A stretch of 32,000 nucleotides of DNA from Nitrososphaera viennensis EN76 (GCF_000698785.1 NZ_CP007536.1:360001-392000); one strand, 5' to 3'; positions 15,063 to 23,513 are shown, numbered from the stretch's first letter. Notes: a model not told the origin generated them from the letters alone. Numbers and translations are program-made.

Positions 15063-15212
15063 AGTCCAGAGAGTTCAAAGATATATACATTTTGGTTGCC
15101 GTAAAAGCCGTTGAAAAGCAAAGAGAAATGACTTTCTCTGAGAAAAAAAGCTTGCGCAGGATATAGGGTGGTAGAGAGAGAAAATAAACAAAAAGAGAGG
15201 AGGTGGGGACGC

Positions 15213-15584
15213 TTAGCTTGGGGGTGTTGCGCCTCTGCCCCTGAAGAAGAACGCTGCAGCTACTCCGCCAAAGATTGCGCCCAGGACGCCGATGTATACC
15301 CAGGTCTCGTTTCCTGAGAAGTAGTTAGTTCCTGAACCCTTGTCGGGGTTGTTCAAGTTGTCTTGCACTGCCGTGATTCTTCTCTTTGCAAGAATTGCGT
15401 TCTCGGTGCACTCGGACCTGTTGATGCCCAGAGTTTCGCACTCTTGAAGCTGTTCTTGGGTTGCACCTGCCACCGGGCTGCCTCCTACACCATACTGTGC
15501 GTGGGCAACCGGCATGACTGATACAGCCGTTGCAGAAAAGAATACAGCCAATACAGATAGAGCCACTACGATTGGCTTGTTCAT
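15213..15584 (-). CDS. Secreted protein with signal peptide and C-terminal TM anchor, hypothetical
   Basis: MNKPIVVALSVLAVFFSATAVSVMPVAHA is signal-like. A short Cys-containing ectodomain is followed by the C-terminal helix WVYIGVLGAIFGGVAAAFFF and then RGRG. Confidence 0.55.
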   Translation of the reverse strand: MNKPIVVALSVLAVFFSATAVSVMPVAHAQYGVGGSPVAGATQEQLQECETLGINRSECTENAILAKRRITAVQDNLNNPDKGSGTNYFSGNETWVYIGVLGAIFGGVAAAFFFRGRGATPPS

Positions 15585-15691
15585 ACTAGACTACCCATTA
15601 GGATTCGAATATTTAACCTTTATGAGCGGGCCAGAAAAGCGTACCTCGCTGTGCCGTTTTTCGTTTTTCGTGCTCCAAAACGCGCAAGTAA

Positions 15692-15700
15692 CATTTAAGA
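15692..15700 (+). promoter_or_regulatory. TATA-like box (CATTTAAGA) for rps15
   Basis: Centred about 32 nt upstream of ATG 15728. Confidence 0.4.
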
Positions 15701-15727
15701 AACGCATGACAGAAGCTGTAAAATCGT

Positions 15728-16177
15728 ATGGCACGAATTCACGTTCACACTCATGGCAAGTCACATTCTATCCGTCCTACTTCCAAGGTTGCCCCTTCAT
15801 GGCTTACCACAAGCCCCGACCAGGTGTCGTCGCTCGTTGTCAAGATGGCAAAGGACGGCGTCAGCCCTAGCGTAATCGGCCTAAAGCTTCGCGACGAGCA
15901 CGGAGTCCCCCTTGCTAGGTCTGTGACCGGCAAGACTGTGACCCAGGTACTTGCAGAGAATAATATCAAGTCCGACATGCCAGAAGACCTTGAAAGACTG
16001 GTTAGAAAAGCACTTGGCCTGCAAAAGCACCTGAGGGCTCACAACAGCGACCACAGAAACGTCCGCTCGCTCGAGCTTGTAGAGGCCAAGATCCATCGCC
16101 TGTCAAAATACTACAAGGGAATCGGCAAGCTTCCTGCAACTTGGAAATACGCTGCTGTCATTGCCCAGCTAGAGTAA
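15728..16177 (+). CDS. rps15: 30S ribosomal protein S15 (uS15, S15P/S13e)
   Basis: MARIHVHTHGKSHSIRP...VGLKLRDEHGVP...LQKHLRAHNSDHRNVRSLELVEAKIHRLSKYY. ATG start with a TATA-like box centred about 32 nt upstream. Confidence 0.9.
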   Translation: MARIHVHTHGKSHSIRPTSKVAPSWLTTSPDQVSSLVVKMAKDGVSPSVIGLKLRDEHGVPLARSVTGKTVTQVLAENNIKSDMPEDLERLVRKALGLQKHLRAHNSDHRNVRSLELVEAKIHRLSKYYKGIGKLPATWKYAAVIAQLE

Positions 16178-16184
16178 GACTGAG

Positions 16185-17627
16185 ATGGGCGGCGACAGCT
16201 CCAAGCTTCTCCCTGCGCTCAAACCTTTTTGCGAAAAGCTTCGCTCCGTCGTGGAGAACGGAAGCGAGATTTCCATCATAACCCACCTTGACGCTGACGG
16301 CATCACTTCTGGAAGCATAATCGGGACGGCCCTTGCGCGCCTTGGGGCCAAGTGCTCTGTCCGCACGGTGTCTGACATGACGCCGTCCGTGATAGAGCGC
16401 ATGAAGGCCGAGGACCACGAGTTTTACATCATCACCGACCTTGGCGGCGGCATGGCCGCAAATTTCCGCAAGGCCCTTGGCGACAGGTGGGTTGTCATCG
16501 ACCATCACCAGATACCTGAGGAGGAGATCCTGACAGACGACGCGGGGCAGGTGCTAAACGCCTGGAAGTACGGCATAGACGGCGGCATCGAGGTTCCTGC
16601 AGGCGGCATGGCGTACATGGTCGCAAGCACGCTTGACCGCAAGAACCGCGACCTTTCGCCGGTGGCAGTCGTATCCGCAGTAGGCGACAGGCAGGACCAG
16701 GGCGACAAAAAGTCGTTTCTTGGGCTCAACAAGGAGATACTTGAAACCGCCAAGACACTCGGGCTTGTCAACGTCGACCTTGACATCATGCTGACGGGCA
16801 GGGAGACGCGCCCCCTGCACGAGGCACTTGCGTTCACATCGTTTCCCTACATCGACGGGCTGACCTGGAACAGGGACAGCTGCTACACCATCCTGAAAAA
16901 CGCCGGGATAAAGCTGAAGGACAACGGCCGATGGCGCGTGCCGGCAGAGTTTTCGCAGGAGGAAAAAAGCGCCATCTTGGATGCGGTTGCCAAGTTCATA
17001 GTCACGTCTAGCAAGACGTCTGCGACCGTCATTGACGACCTCATCGGCTATGTCTACACGCTTGCCGGCGAAGACAAGCGCAGCCAGCTGCGCGACGCAA
17101 GGGAGTTTTCAACACTGTTGAACGCGTGCGGCCGGATAGGCAAGTCCGGCGTCGGAATAGCCATCTGCATGGGGGACAGAAATGCCATGCTCACCGCCGG
17201 CGAGGAGATAAGCACAGAGTACAGGACGACTTTGCGCAACTATGTTTCAACGATATTTTCAGAAAAGTGGAGGGTTACAGACGATGGTAAGGTGGCATTC
17301 GTAAACGGCGACGGCCTCGTTGCGGAGGACATGCTGGGCGCAGTCTCGTCGCTCCTCTCCGGGTCGCCGACCCTGGCCGGCAGGCTCGTGTTCGTAAGGT
17401 CTCTTTCAAAGGGTGGCACCTACAAGTTTTCATCAAGGAAGGGCCTCGGATGCACGTCGCCGGCAAACCTTGGCCTCGTGATGCGCCACTGCGCCGAGTC
17501 TGTCAAAGGTACAGGAGGCGGCCACTCGGCTGCCGCAGGCTGCAGGATACCCTCGGCGGCGCTTGACCCCTTCATCTCATGCCTGAGGTCAGCGGTAAAT
17601 GAAGCGAAATTCGCGACAGCGTCTTGA
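16185..17627 (+). CDS. RecJ-like DHH/DHHA1 phosphoesterase (archaeal RecJ/Cdc45-type nuclease)
   Basis: DHH motifs ISIITHLDADGITSGSII, FYIITDLGGG and VVIDHHQ. DHHA1 motif GGGHSAAAGCRIP near the C-terminus. Confidence 0.8.
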   Translation: MGGDSSKLLPALKPFCEKLRSVVENGSEISIITHLDADGITSGSIIGTALARLGAKCSVRTVSDMTPSVIERMKAEDHEFYIITDLGGGMAANFRKALGDRWVVIDHHQIPEEEILTDDAGQVLNAWKYGIDGGIEVPAGGMAYMVASTLDRKNRDLSPVAVVSAVGDRQDQGDKKSFLGLNKEILETAKTLGLVNVDLDIMLTGRETRPLHEALAFTSFPYIDGLTWNRDSCYTILKNAGIKLKDNGRWRVPAEFSQEEKSAILDAVAKFIVTSSKTSATVIDDLIGYVYTLAGEDKRSQLRDAREFSTLLNACGRIGKSGVGIAICMGDRNAMLTAGEEISTEYRTTLRNYVSTIFSEKWRVTDDGKVAFVNGDGLVAEDMLGAVSSLLSGSPTLAGRLVFVRSLSKGGTYKFSSRKGLGCTSPANLGLVMRHCAESVKGTGGGHSAAAGCRIPSAALDPFISCLRSAVNEAKFATAS

Positions 17628-17886
17628 TGATGACATTGCGGTTGACGCGCAGGTCAGCGTGTTGTTTCCAACAGCAGTGCACGCAAGGGCTGCAGTCAAG
17701 GCATTAATACCAGACAATGTGAACATGCCTGCGGGCTTGACCATTGACATCTTCTCAAGGGGCAGGACAGTCTGGGTGCGGGTCGGAGGCAGCACCGGCG
17801 TTTCCGTTGCTACCGTCGCAAGCACACTTGACGAAATCCTTGAGCATATCGCAGTCGCCCGGAAAGTGATGATGGCAGATGCTTGA
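17599..17886 (+). CDS. KEOPS subunit Pcc1-like protein
   Basis: 95 aa. AQVSVLFPTAVHARAAVKALIPDNVNMPAGLTIDIFSRGRTVWVRVGGSTGVSVATVASTLDEILEHIAVARKV lines up by eye with archaeal Pcc1 (FP..A..A...A, beta-strands, C-terminal helix). It overlaps the RecJ-like end by 29 nt and the serS start by 8 nt. Confidence 0.5.
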   Translation: MKRNSRQRLDDDIAVDAQVSVLFPTAVHARAAVKALIPDNVNMPAGLTIDIFSRGRTVWVRVGGSTGVSVATVASTLDEILEHIAVARKVMMADA

Positions 17887-19159
17887 CCCAAAGCTCTTGA
17901 AGGACAACCCCGACGCTGTTCGCGAGATGCTCAAAAAGCGCAACATGGAGTTCCCACTTGACGAGCTGGTTGCGCTTGAAAGGCGCAGGCGAGAGCTCAT
18001 CACCGAGGCGCAGGACTACCGCTCCAAGAAGAACAAGCTGTCCGAAGCTGTCGCGGCAAAGAAAAAGGCCAAGCAAGACGCGTCGGCCGAGCTTGAGCAG
18101 ATGAAGGAGGTCGGCGCCAACATGGAAAAAGTAGAGCAAGAAAAGGTCGCCACCGAGGACAAGTATCGCAAGCTTGCCGCGCTTTTGCCAAACATGCTCC
18201 ACGAGTCAGTGCCTGCCGGCAAGGATGAAAAGGACAACGTCGTGGTCAGGACTGCTGCAGGCAAGAAAAGAAGCATCGTAGACAAGCCCAGAGACCATGT
18301 CGACATTGCAACCGCGCTTGACCTGTTTGACATTGAGCGGGCGGCCAAGATCTCTGGCGCGCGATTTTACTTTTTGAAAAACGAGCTGGTGCGCATGAAC
18401 ACCGCGCTGGTGCATTTTGCACTCGACTATTTGACGGAGAAAGGCTACACGCTCGTGCAGCCGCCGTACATGATACGCAGGCAGCCGATGGAAGGCGCAG
18501 TCATACTGGGCGACTTTGAAGACGTTATCTACAAGATAGAAAACGAGGACCTGTACATGATAGGGACATCCGAACATGCCATAGCAAGCATGCACATGGA
18601 CGAGATATTGGAGGGCAAGCAGCTGCCTATGCGCTATGCCGGCGTCAGCCCGTGTTTCCGCAAGGAGGCCGGCGCGCACGGAAAAGACATGAAGGGGATA
18701 TTCCGGGTGCACCAGTTTGAAAAGGTCGAGCAGTTTGTCTACTGCCGGCCGGAAGATTCATGGAAGGAGCACGAGCGCATGCTTGAAGTCTCGCAGGGAT
18801 TCTTTGACGCTCTTGGCATCCCGTACCGCGTGATGCTCCTGTGCTCGGGCGACACGGGCAAGATATCGGCAAAGACGTACGACATCGAGGCGTGGATGCC
18901 CGGGCAGGGCGCGTACCGCGAGATAGTGTCGTGCTCAAACTGCACCGACTATCAGGCCCGCAGGCTTGCGATACGCTTCCGGGACAAGACGAACGAGGAA
19001 ACAAGGCTCGTCCACACCCTCAACAGCACCCTCGTGGCGGTACAGCGCACGCTCGTTGCCATAATGGAGAACTACCAGACGCCTGCGGGCACCGTCCAAG
19101 TGCCCGAAGTCCTGCAGAAATACATGGGTGGCCTTGCAGAAATCAAGCCCCGGGCCTGA
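17879..19159 (+). CDS. serS: Seryl-tRNA synthetase
   Basis: 426 aa. N-terminal coiled-coil arm MLDPKLLKDNPDAVREMLKKRN. Class II core with FYFLKNELVRMNTAL, GTSEHAI, CFRKEAGAHGKD.KGIFRVHQFEKVEQF and NSTLVAVQRTLVAIMENYQ. Confidence 0.92.
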   Translation: MLDPKLLKDNPDAVREMLKKRNMEFPLDELVALERRRRELITEAQDYRSKKNKLSEAVAAKKKAKQDASAELEQMKEVGANMEKVEQEKVATEDKYRKLAALLPNMLHESVPAGKDEKDNVVVRTAAGKKRSIVDKPRDHVDIATALDLFDIERAAKISGARFYFLKNELVRMNTALVHFALDYLTEKGYTLVQPPYMIRRQPMEGAVILGDFEDVIYKIENEDLYMIGTSEHAIASMHMDEILEGKQLPMRYAGVSPCFRKEAGAHGKDMKGIFRVHQFEKVEQFVYCRPEDSWKEHERMLEVSQGFFDALGIPYRVMLLCSGDTGKISAKTYDIEAWMPGQGAYREIVSCSNCTDYQARRLAIRFRDKTNEETRLVHTLNSTLVAVQRTLVAIMENYQTPAGTVQVPEVLQKYMGGLAEIKPRA

Positions 19160-19169
19160 CGAACAGTAC

Positions 19170-19179
19170 AATATATATT
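19170..19179 (+). promoter_or_regulatory. TATA box (AATATATATT) for rps3ae
   Basis: Centred about 28 nt upstream of ATG 19203, just after the serS stop. Confidence 0.45.
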
Positions 19180-19202
19180 CTGGATGCCAAGTGTGGTTTT
19201 CG

Positions 19203-19907
19203 ATGGTCAAGGCAACAAAGAAGGGAGGTCGAGTCCGCGACAAGTGGCGAGACAAGCAATGGGTCATCGTCAACAAACCATCAGGATTTGAGCCGCCTGG
19301 ATCCGTTAACTACGTTCCCATAACCGACGGCGAGCAGGCCAAGGGGAGGGTGATTGAAAATACGCTCCATGACATGATGAAGGGCAACCCCGATCGGAGC
19401 ATGGATCAGCACCAGATAAAGATCTTCCTCCAGATTGACAAGATAAGCGACGGCACCGCAAGCACGCGCTTCAAGGGCCACGAGTACGCCAAGGAATTCC
19501 TCCGCTCGCTGATAAGGCGCGGAAGCTCCATGGTCAATTTCGTGCACGACTATACCACGCAGGACGGGCACACCTTCCGCGTCGCAGTCGTCGCCTTTAC
19601 GCAAAGGCGCGTGAACGCTTCAAAGAAGCACGAGATCCGCATGATCGCCCACCGCATCCTGTCTGAAAGGATTCCGCAGATGACAGTCGAGCAGTTCGTG
19701 CAAGAGACGACAGGCAGCAAGGCTGGCGACATCCCGAGGGAGACAAACAGCCTGCTCGGTGCGGCCATCATGAACGAGGCGAAAAAGATCTCGAACATAC
19801 GCCACATCGGCATAAAAAAGACAAAGCTGATCTCGACTCCTGAATCGAGGGCAGTAAGCGACGCCAAGCCGGTCGAAGCAACCGTTGCCGAGCCGGCCCC
19901 GCAATAA
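19203..19907 (+). CDS. rps3ae: 30S ribosomal protein S3Ae (eS1)
   Basis: MVKATKKGGRVRDKWRDKQWVIVNKPSGFE...GRVIENTLHDMMKG. The track ORF starts at 19128, but ATG 19203 lies 28-29 nt downstream of an ATATATAT box (19170-19179), and the extra 25 residues are not S3Ae-like. Confidence 0.88.
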   Translation: MVKATKKGGRVRDKWRDKQWVIVNKPSGFEPPGSVNYVPITDGEQAKGRVIENTLHDMMKGNPDRSMDQHQIKIFLQIDKISDGTASTRFKGHEYAKEFLRSLIRRGSSMVNFVHDYTTQDGHTFRVAVVAFTQRRVNASKKHEIRMIAHRILSERIPQMTVEQFVQETTGSKAGDIPRETNSLLGAAIMNEAKKISNIRHIGIKKTKLISTPESRAVSDAKPVEATVAEPAPQ

Positions 19908-19946
19908 CTTTTTAGTCCCTTCCCTTTTTCCTCTTCTCATATACAG

Positions 19947-20396
19947 ATGTCAGAGGAAGATGCAGTAAAGTTCTCCTCGGCAGAGGTCCAGCTCGTGCTC
20001 CATGCGACGGAGGACCACGACAAGGTTCTTGCCGCCGTGGAAAAGGCGCTTTCCGTGCCAGCCGCAAGCTTTGAGGGTGAGCAGTCGGAGGGCCACTATG
20101 GCAACATCATAATGCTTCTTGGCGCCATGATTCCCGGCAAGGAGGCCGGCGCGCTTGCCACCCGGATTATCTCTGCCCTGAACCGCATTGACAGGCAAGA
20201 GCTTGCAGACCATATTGAAGAGTACTCTGACGAAAAGGGCAACCTTTACCTGCGCCTTGACAAGCAGAGGCTCTGTCAGGGCAAGGTGTCTCTTGCAGAG
20301 TCGGATGCGGTGCGGATCAAGTTCAAGCCGGTCCACCGTTACAAGCCGTCAAGCAGACTGCAGAGCTACAGGGGGCTACTCACTTCAATCGAATAG
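19947..20396 (+). CDS. UPF0201/COG1931-type predicted RNA-binding (exosome-neighbourhood) protein
   Basis: 149 aa. AEVQLVLHATEDHDKVLAAVEKAL matches the v.v.a.v.pTED.eKV..A pattern of this archaeal family. It sits upstream of the RNase P protein genes. Confidence 0.55.
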   Translation: MSEEDAVKFSSAEVQLVLHATEDHDKVLAAVEKALSVPAASFEGEQSEGHYGNIIMLLGAMIPGKEAGALATRIISALNRIDRQELADHIEEYSDEKGNLYLRLDKQRLCQGKVSLAESDAVRIKFKPVHRYKPSSRLQSYRGLLTSIE

Positions 20397-20545
20397 ACCT
20401 CTTTGTTGCCAGCGAGAGCGCCGCTTTTGCGGCAAAGGCGCTTGGCCTGAGGGTTGGAGTTGCTGCTGTTGCAGAAGCAAGCAAAGAATTTTTTTCCAAT
20501 AATGACAATGTCATTTACCGGCTCAAGAACCAGCCATCAAAACCA

Positions 20546-20938
20546 GTGAAATATGATTACTTGGTGGTCTCTGAAAACATTGACGAGATCTCGCGCGTCG
20601 ACATACTTGTACTAAGGGATTTTCGCAGGGCAAAGGAGAGGCTGAAAAAAAAGGCAAAAGGCGGCGCAGGAATAGAGATTACGATCGAGCAGGCGCGCAA
20701 GCTGGACGCGGCAGGAGTTGCAAGGTGGGTTGCCGACGCGCACGATCTCTATGAATTCTGCCAGTCGTCGGGGTTTCAATTCATACTGTCAAGCGGGGCC
20801 AGCTCGCCTGCGGGCGCCGTGTCGGGACAGTCCTTTGATGCGATACTAAAGATGATGGGCATTGATCCGCAGAAGCACTGGAAGGAAATGAATAGCTGGC
20901 TAGAGTTCCGACTTGGAAGGAGGGTACGCCCGTGCTAA
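20546..20938 (+). CDS. rnp3: RNase P protein component 3 (Rpp30). This is the minimal ORF from the first canonical start; it probably extends 5' to about 20393
   Basis: C-terminal two thirds are Rpp30-like: GIEITIEQARKL, YEFCQSSGFQFILSSGASSPAGAVSGQSFDAILKMMGI. The same frame is open upstream and encodes IDLFVASESAAFAAKALGLRVGVAAVA..., which looks like the Rpp30 N-terminus, but it contains no ATG, GTG or TTG (see findings). Confidence 0.65.
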   Translation: MKYDYLVVSENIDEISRVDILVLRDFRRAKERLKKKAKGGAGIEITIEQARKLDAAGVARWVADAHDLYEFCQSSGFQFILSSGASSPAGAVSGQSFDAILKMMGIDPQKHWKEMNSWLEFRLGRRVRPC

Positions 20939-21222
20939 AAAGGCGGGAAAAGAGGCGCTACATCTCGGTCATGTGCGAAGAAGCGGTAGGAGGAGGGATG
21001 AGCGCGCTTGCGGCAGTCCAAAAGCGCCATGCAGAGCTCTTTGGCAGCATCGCGCTTGAAAGGGCCGCTCTTCGGCTGATAAAAGACGAAAGCCGAGTCG
21101 TGATAATGCGCTGCAGCCTTGCAGAGGCAGAGCACGTCCTTGTGGCAATCGCGCTCTGCAACCCCCCAATCGTGACGCTTGACATGTCGTCGAGCATGAA
21201 GCGGCTAAAGCGCAGACTATAG
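20932..21222 (+). CDS. rnp2: RNase P protein component 2 (Pop5/Rpp14 family)
   Basis: 96 aa. LKRREKRRYISVMCEE...ELFGSIALERAALRLIKDESRVVIMRCSLAEAEHVLVAIAL has the Pop5 pattern. GTG start overlapping the Rpp30 stop by 7 nt. Confidence 0.65.
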   Translation: MLKRREKRRYISVMCEEAVGGGMSALAAVQKRHAELFGSIALERAALRLIKDESRVVIMRCSLAEAEHVLVAIALCNPPIVTLDMSSSMKRLKRRL

Positions 21223-21385
21223 GATTTTATCTTGCAGGCGCCCTTCTATCAAGTGGGGATGAGGTGAGTTTCGCTGCTCCAGACTGAGTCAAAAGCGATG
21301 AAGATCTCGCGACGAACCGACCCATATAATACTACCATTCCTGGAGGCTCGGAAAATGCATCTGCACGACTTGGACTTTTGACGG

Positions 21386-21964
21386 TCATTCTTCCTTTTC
21401 TTCCTTTGTCCTTTCCAATCTTTTGCTAAACCTGTTTCTTTTCCACAGTACGACTATGGCTGCTGTTCCAACCAACGCCATTGGCGCGCTGTACGAAAGA
21501 TAATAGTTGAAGAGCCTGTCATACGGCATCTTTATGCCGACGCGGTGATAAATGGTGCCATACTTTACAATTCCGCAATGATTGTCATCATCGTACCCCT
21601 GAATGCACTGTGGATTTTCTTTGAGGTTAAAAGTGTCCTTTAGCTGGGTTGCTTGGTATACATTGAGCTTTGGAAACACTATGCAGTCTTTGGTTCCTCC
21701 ACCGCTGCAGCTGCCGGCAGTAGAAAATCCAGGCTCTAGATCATGGCTAATCCCGGCCACTTCATCTTTTGTTGCATAATGGATTGACATGTTCGACGGA
21801 GTAGTGGTACTTTCAGTACCACATTCTTGCCCGCAGTCGGCGCTCGTGCCGTGAATCGTTACTCTTGCCGTTGTAAAAAAGAAGTACAAATACAGCGGAA
21901 TTATCGCCAGACTGATAACCAGCCAGCCAACCACTATGCAGTACGCATAAGAAGAGATTTTCAA
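21386..21964 (-). CDS. Hypothetical Cys-rich membrane protein with N- and C-terminal TM helices
   Basis: 192 aa. TM1 is YCIVVGWLVISLAIIPLYLYFFF. The ectodomain has three Cys pairs (CGQEC, CSGGGTKDC, CIQGYDDDNHC). TM2 is PMALVGTAAIVVLW, followed by a KRLERTKEEKEE tail. The sequence is AT-richer than its surroundings. No family recognised. Confidence 0.5.
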   Translation of the reverse strand: MKISSYAYCIVVGWLVISLAIIPLYLYFFFTTARVTIHGTSADCGQECGTESTTTPSNMSIHYATKDEVAGISHDLEPGFSTAGSCSGGGTKDCIVFPKLNVYQATQLKDTFNLKENPQCIQGYDDDNHCGIVKYGTIYHRVGIKMPYDRLFNYYLSYSAPMALVGTAAIVVLWKRNRFSKRLERTKEEKEE

Positions 21965-22209
21965 CTATTATCCGAAAAGTATTGGAGCCTATACTTGAGC
22001 ATTGTGCAGCAAAAATATTCTGCGTCAATCAAGGTAAAACATCAAATTTTAGAAACTGTTCTGCGACAGTTGGCGCTGCCTAGCAAGAATTGTCCATTCT
22101 GTGTTAATGCGCGTTAATAGGCTGTGATAGGATCTTGTCAAGGCTGTACTCGGGATGACTGCGCGCCAATTTTGTTGGGCAATCTATAAAACTGAACCAT
22201 GCATAATGC

Positions 22210-23250
22210 TTGGTCATATTGAAAAAATCCTTCCGGCCCTATCCGCCGCTCGAAAAGGACTTGGGTACGACAAATATCAGAATTGAGCCTGATCAAATGA
22301 ATGAACTGGGAATAAATTCCGGTGACGTGGTAAAGGTTACTGGCGTTCGCAGCACAGGCGCAGTCTGTTTGCCCTTGGAACCCGGATATAGGCATCCGAA
22401 TGATTCAGAGATAACTTATCTGTCCAAGTCGGACATCCTCCCGCAAATACGGATAAGCGATGTTGTAGCCCTGAATACAAACAACACGGGTGCCATCTTG
22501 GTGGAAGTAGAAAAGGTACAATCAAGCCATGCACAAAAAGTGTCTTTTGCCTCTTTGGATTCAAGATTTAACGCAGGTAATCTGGATAAAGGCGAGCTTC
22601 TCGGCATGGTTGTCTGTAAAGGCGACAGGATAAACCTGCAAGATTATCATCAGGTTATTGTAACAGACATTTATGCCGCTGATTTCTCGCTGATCGATGA
22701 CTCGACAGAAATTGAATTTGTGGACAACAAGATGCCGGGCAATAATCTTGTAATGTTCGTACCTCAACTGAACCGCCTAAGCAAGGTGATACCCGTAGCA
22801 AAACAGGCCAATGTGAGCTTGGTAAACATCACAATACCTTCAATCGAGATCTATGAAGAAGGTGCTGCAAGGTTCTATTTCTATCTCAAAGGCAATTATG
22901 CTTCCTATCGACAGTTTCACCACGCACACGTTTCACTTGCCGTACAAGTTCATGACAACGTAGGCAATCCTTACCGTGTCTTTGTTCACGGGGGAGGCGG
23001 AGGATTGTCGTCCACAGGCGACTTTAACTATGATTACTCGTGCTTGTTTGCGCCTGCAGTTGTTCCAGACGCAACTGAATTAACAATAACCATAAAAGAA
23101 ATTCTGTTTCAGGCCCCTTTCGTCCCGCCTCCATCAATTAGTGGTAGACCTGAAATGAGGCCAATGTACTCGCCGGGAAACAAGCTTCCTGCAATTCTGG
23201 TACTGACTGGGCCGTGGGAGTTCAAAATTCCGTTTGATGGTAGAAGATGA
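22210..23250 (+). CDS. Cdc48/VAT N-domain-like protein without AAA+ ATPase domains, fused to an uncharacterised beta-rich C-terminal domain
   Basis: TNIRIEPDQMNELGINSGDVVKVTGVRSTGAVCLPLEP...QIRISDVVALNTNNTGAILVEVEKV has a double-psi-barrel pattern. AQKVSFASLD...LLGMVVCKGDRINLQ...VIVTDIYAADFSLIDDSTEIEF has a beta-clam pattern. About 165 further aa end in TELTITIKEILFQ...GPWEFKIPF. TTG start at 22210; TTG 22219 fits the TATA spacing better. Confidence 0.6.
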   Translation: MVILKKSFRPYPPLEKDLGTTNIRIEPDQMNELGINSGDVVKVTGVRSTGAVCLPLEPGYRHPNDSEITYLSKSDILPQIRISDVVALNTNNTGAILVEVEKVQSSHAQKVSFASLDSRFNAGNLDKGELLGMVVCKGDRINLQDYHQVIVTDIYAADFSLIDDSTEIEFVDNKMPGNNLVMFVPQLNRLSKVIPVAKQANVSLVNITIPSIEIYEEGAARFYFYLKGNYASYRQFHHAHVSLAVQVHDNVGNPYRVFVHGGGGGLSSTGDFNYDYSCLFAPAVVPDATELTITIKEILFQAPFVPPPSISGRPEMRPMYSPGNKLPAILVLTGPWEFKIPFDGRR

Positions 23251-23513
23251 GTAGTCGTCGGTCGCCTGTTTGCACTTTCAGTCTTTGGTCCTTCATTGTG
23301 AATCTAGGGATGCTGACAGAGTCTAAAGCATGCATCTAAAACATTCTCTTGGGGTGCATCAAGGCTGGCTACCAAGTTTGTTGTAGCTCGATTAATTCTT
23401 TTAAGGCTACCACATTTTTTGTGGTCCACTGGAAACGCGCACATAATAGCTGCAGGTGCTACGCGCAAGATGAACGTATAATTATCAGAGGCGCCTTCTT
23501 GGAGCAATATAAT

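Noticed and set aside
15213-15584. Archaeosortase-type (PEFG/PGF-CTERM) sorting signal at the C-terminus
   Set aside because: The layout of a TM helix followed by RGRG is similar, but no PEFG or PGF motif precedes the helix. It is called only a C-terminal anchor.
20366-20396. Programmed -1 frameshift fusing the UPF0201 protein to Rpp30
   Set aside because: The Rpp30 frame is -1 relative to the upstream gene and is open across the junction. However, I find no X-XXY-YYZ slippery heptamer: the GGGGG run at 20371-20375 is not in the required register. UPF0201 also looks full-length on its own.
21250-21330. C/D-box sRNA-like string (GGATGAGG ... CTGA ... GATGAAG) downstream of Pop5
   Set aside because: The C and C' boxes deviate from RUGAUGA. 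The C-to-D' spacing is about 19 nt rather than about 12. No terminal D box (CUGA) follows.
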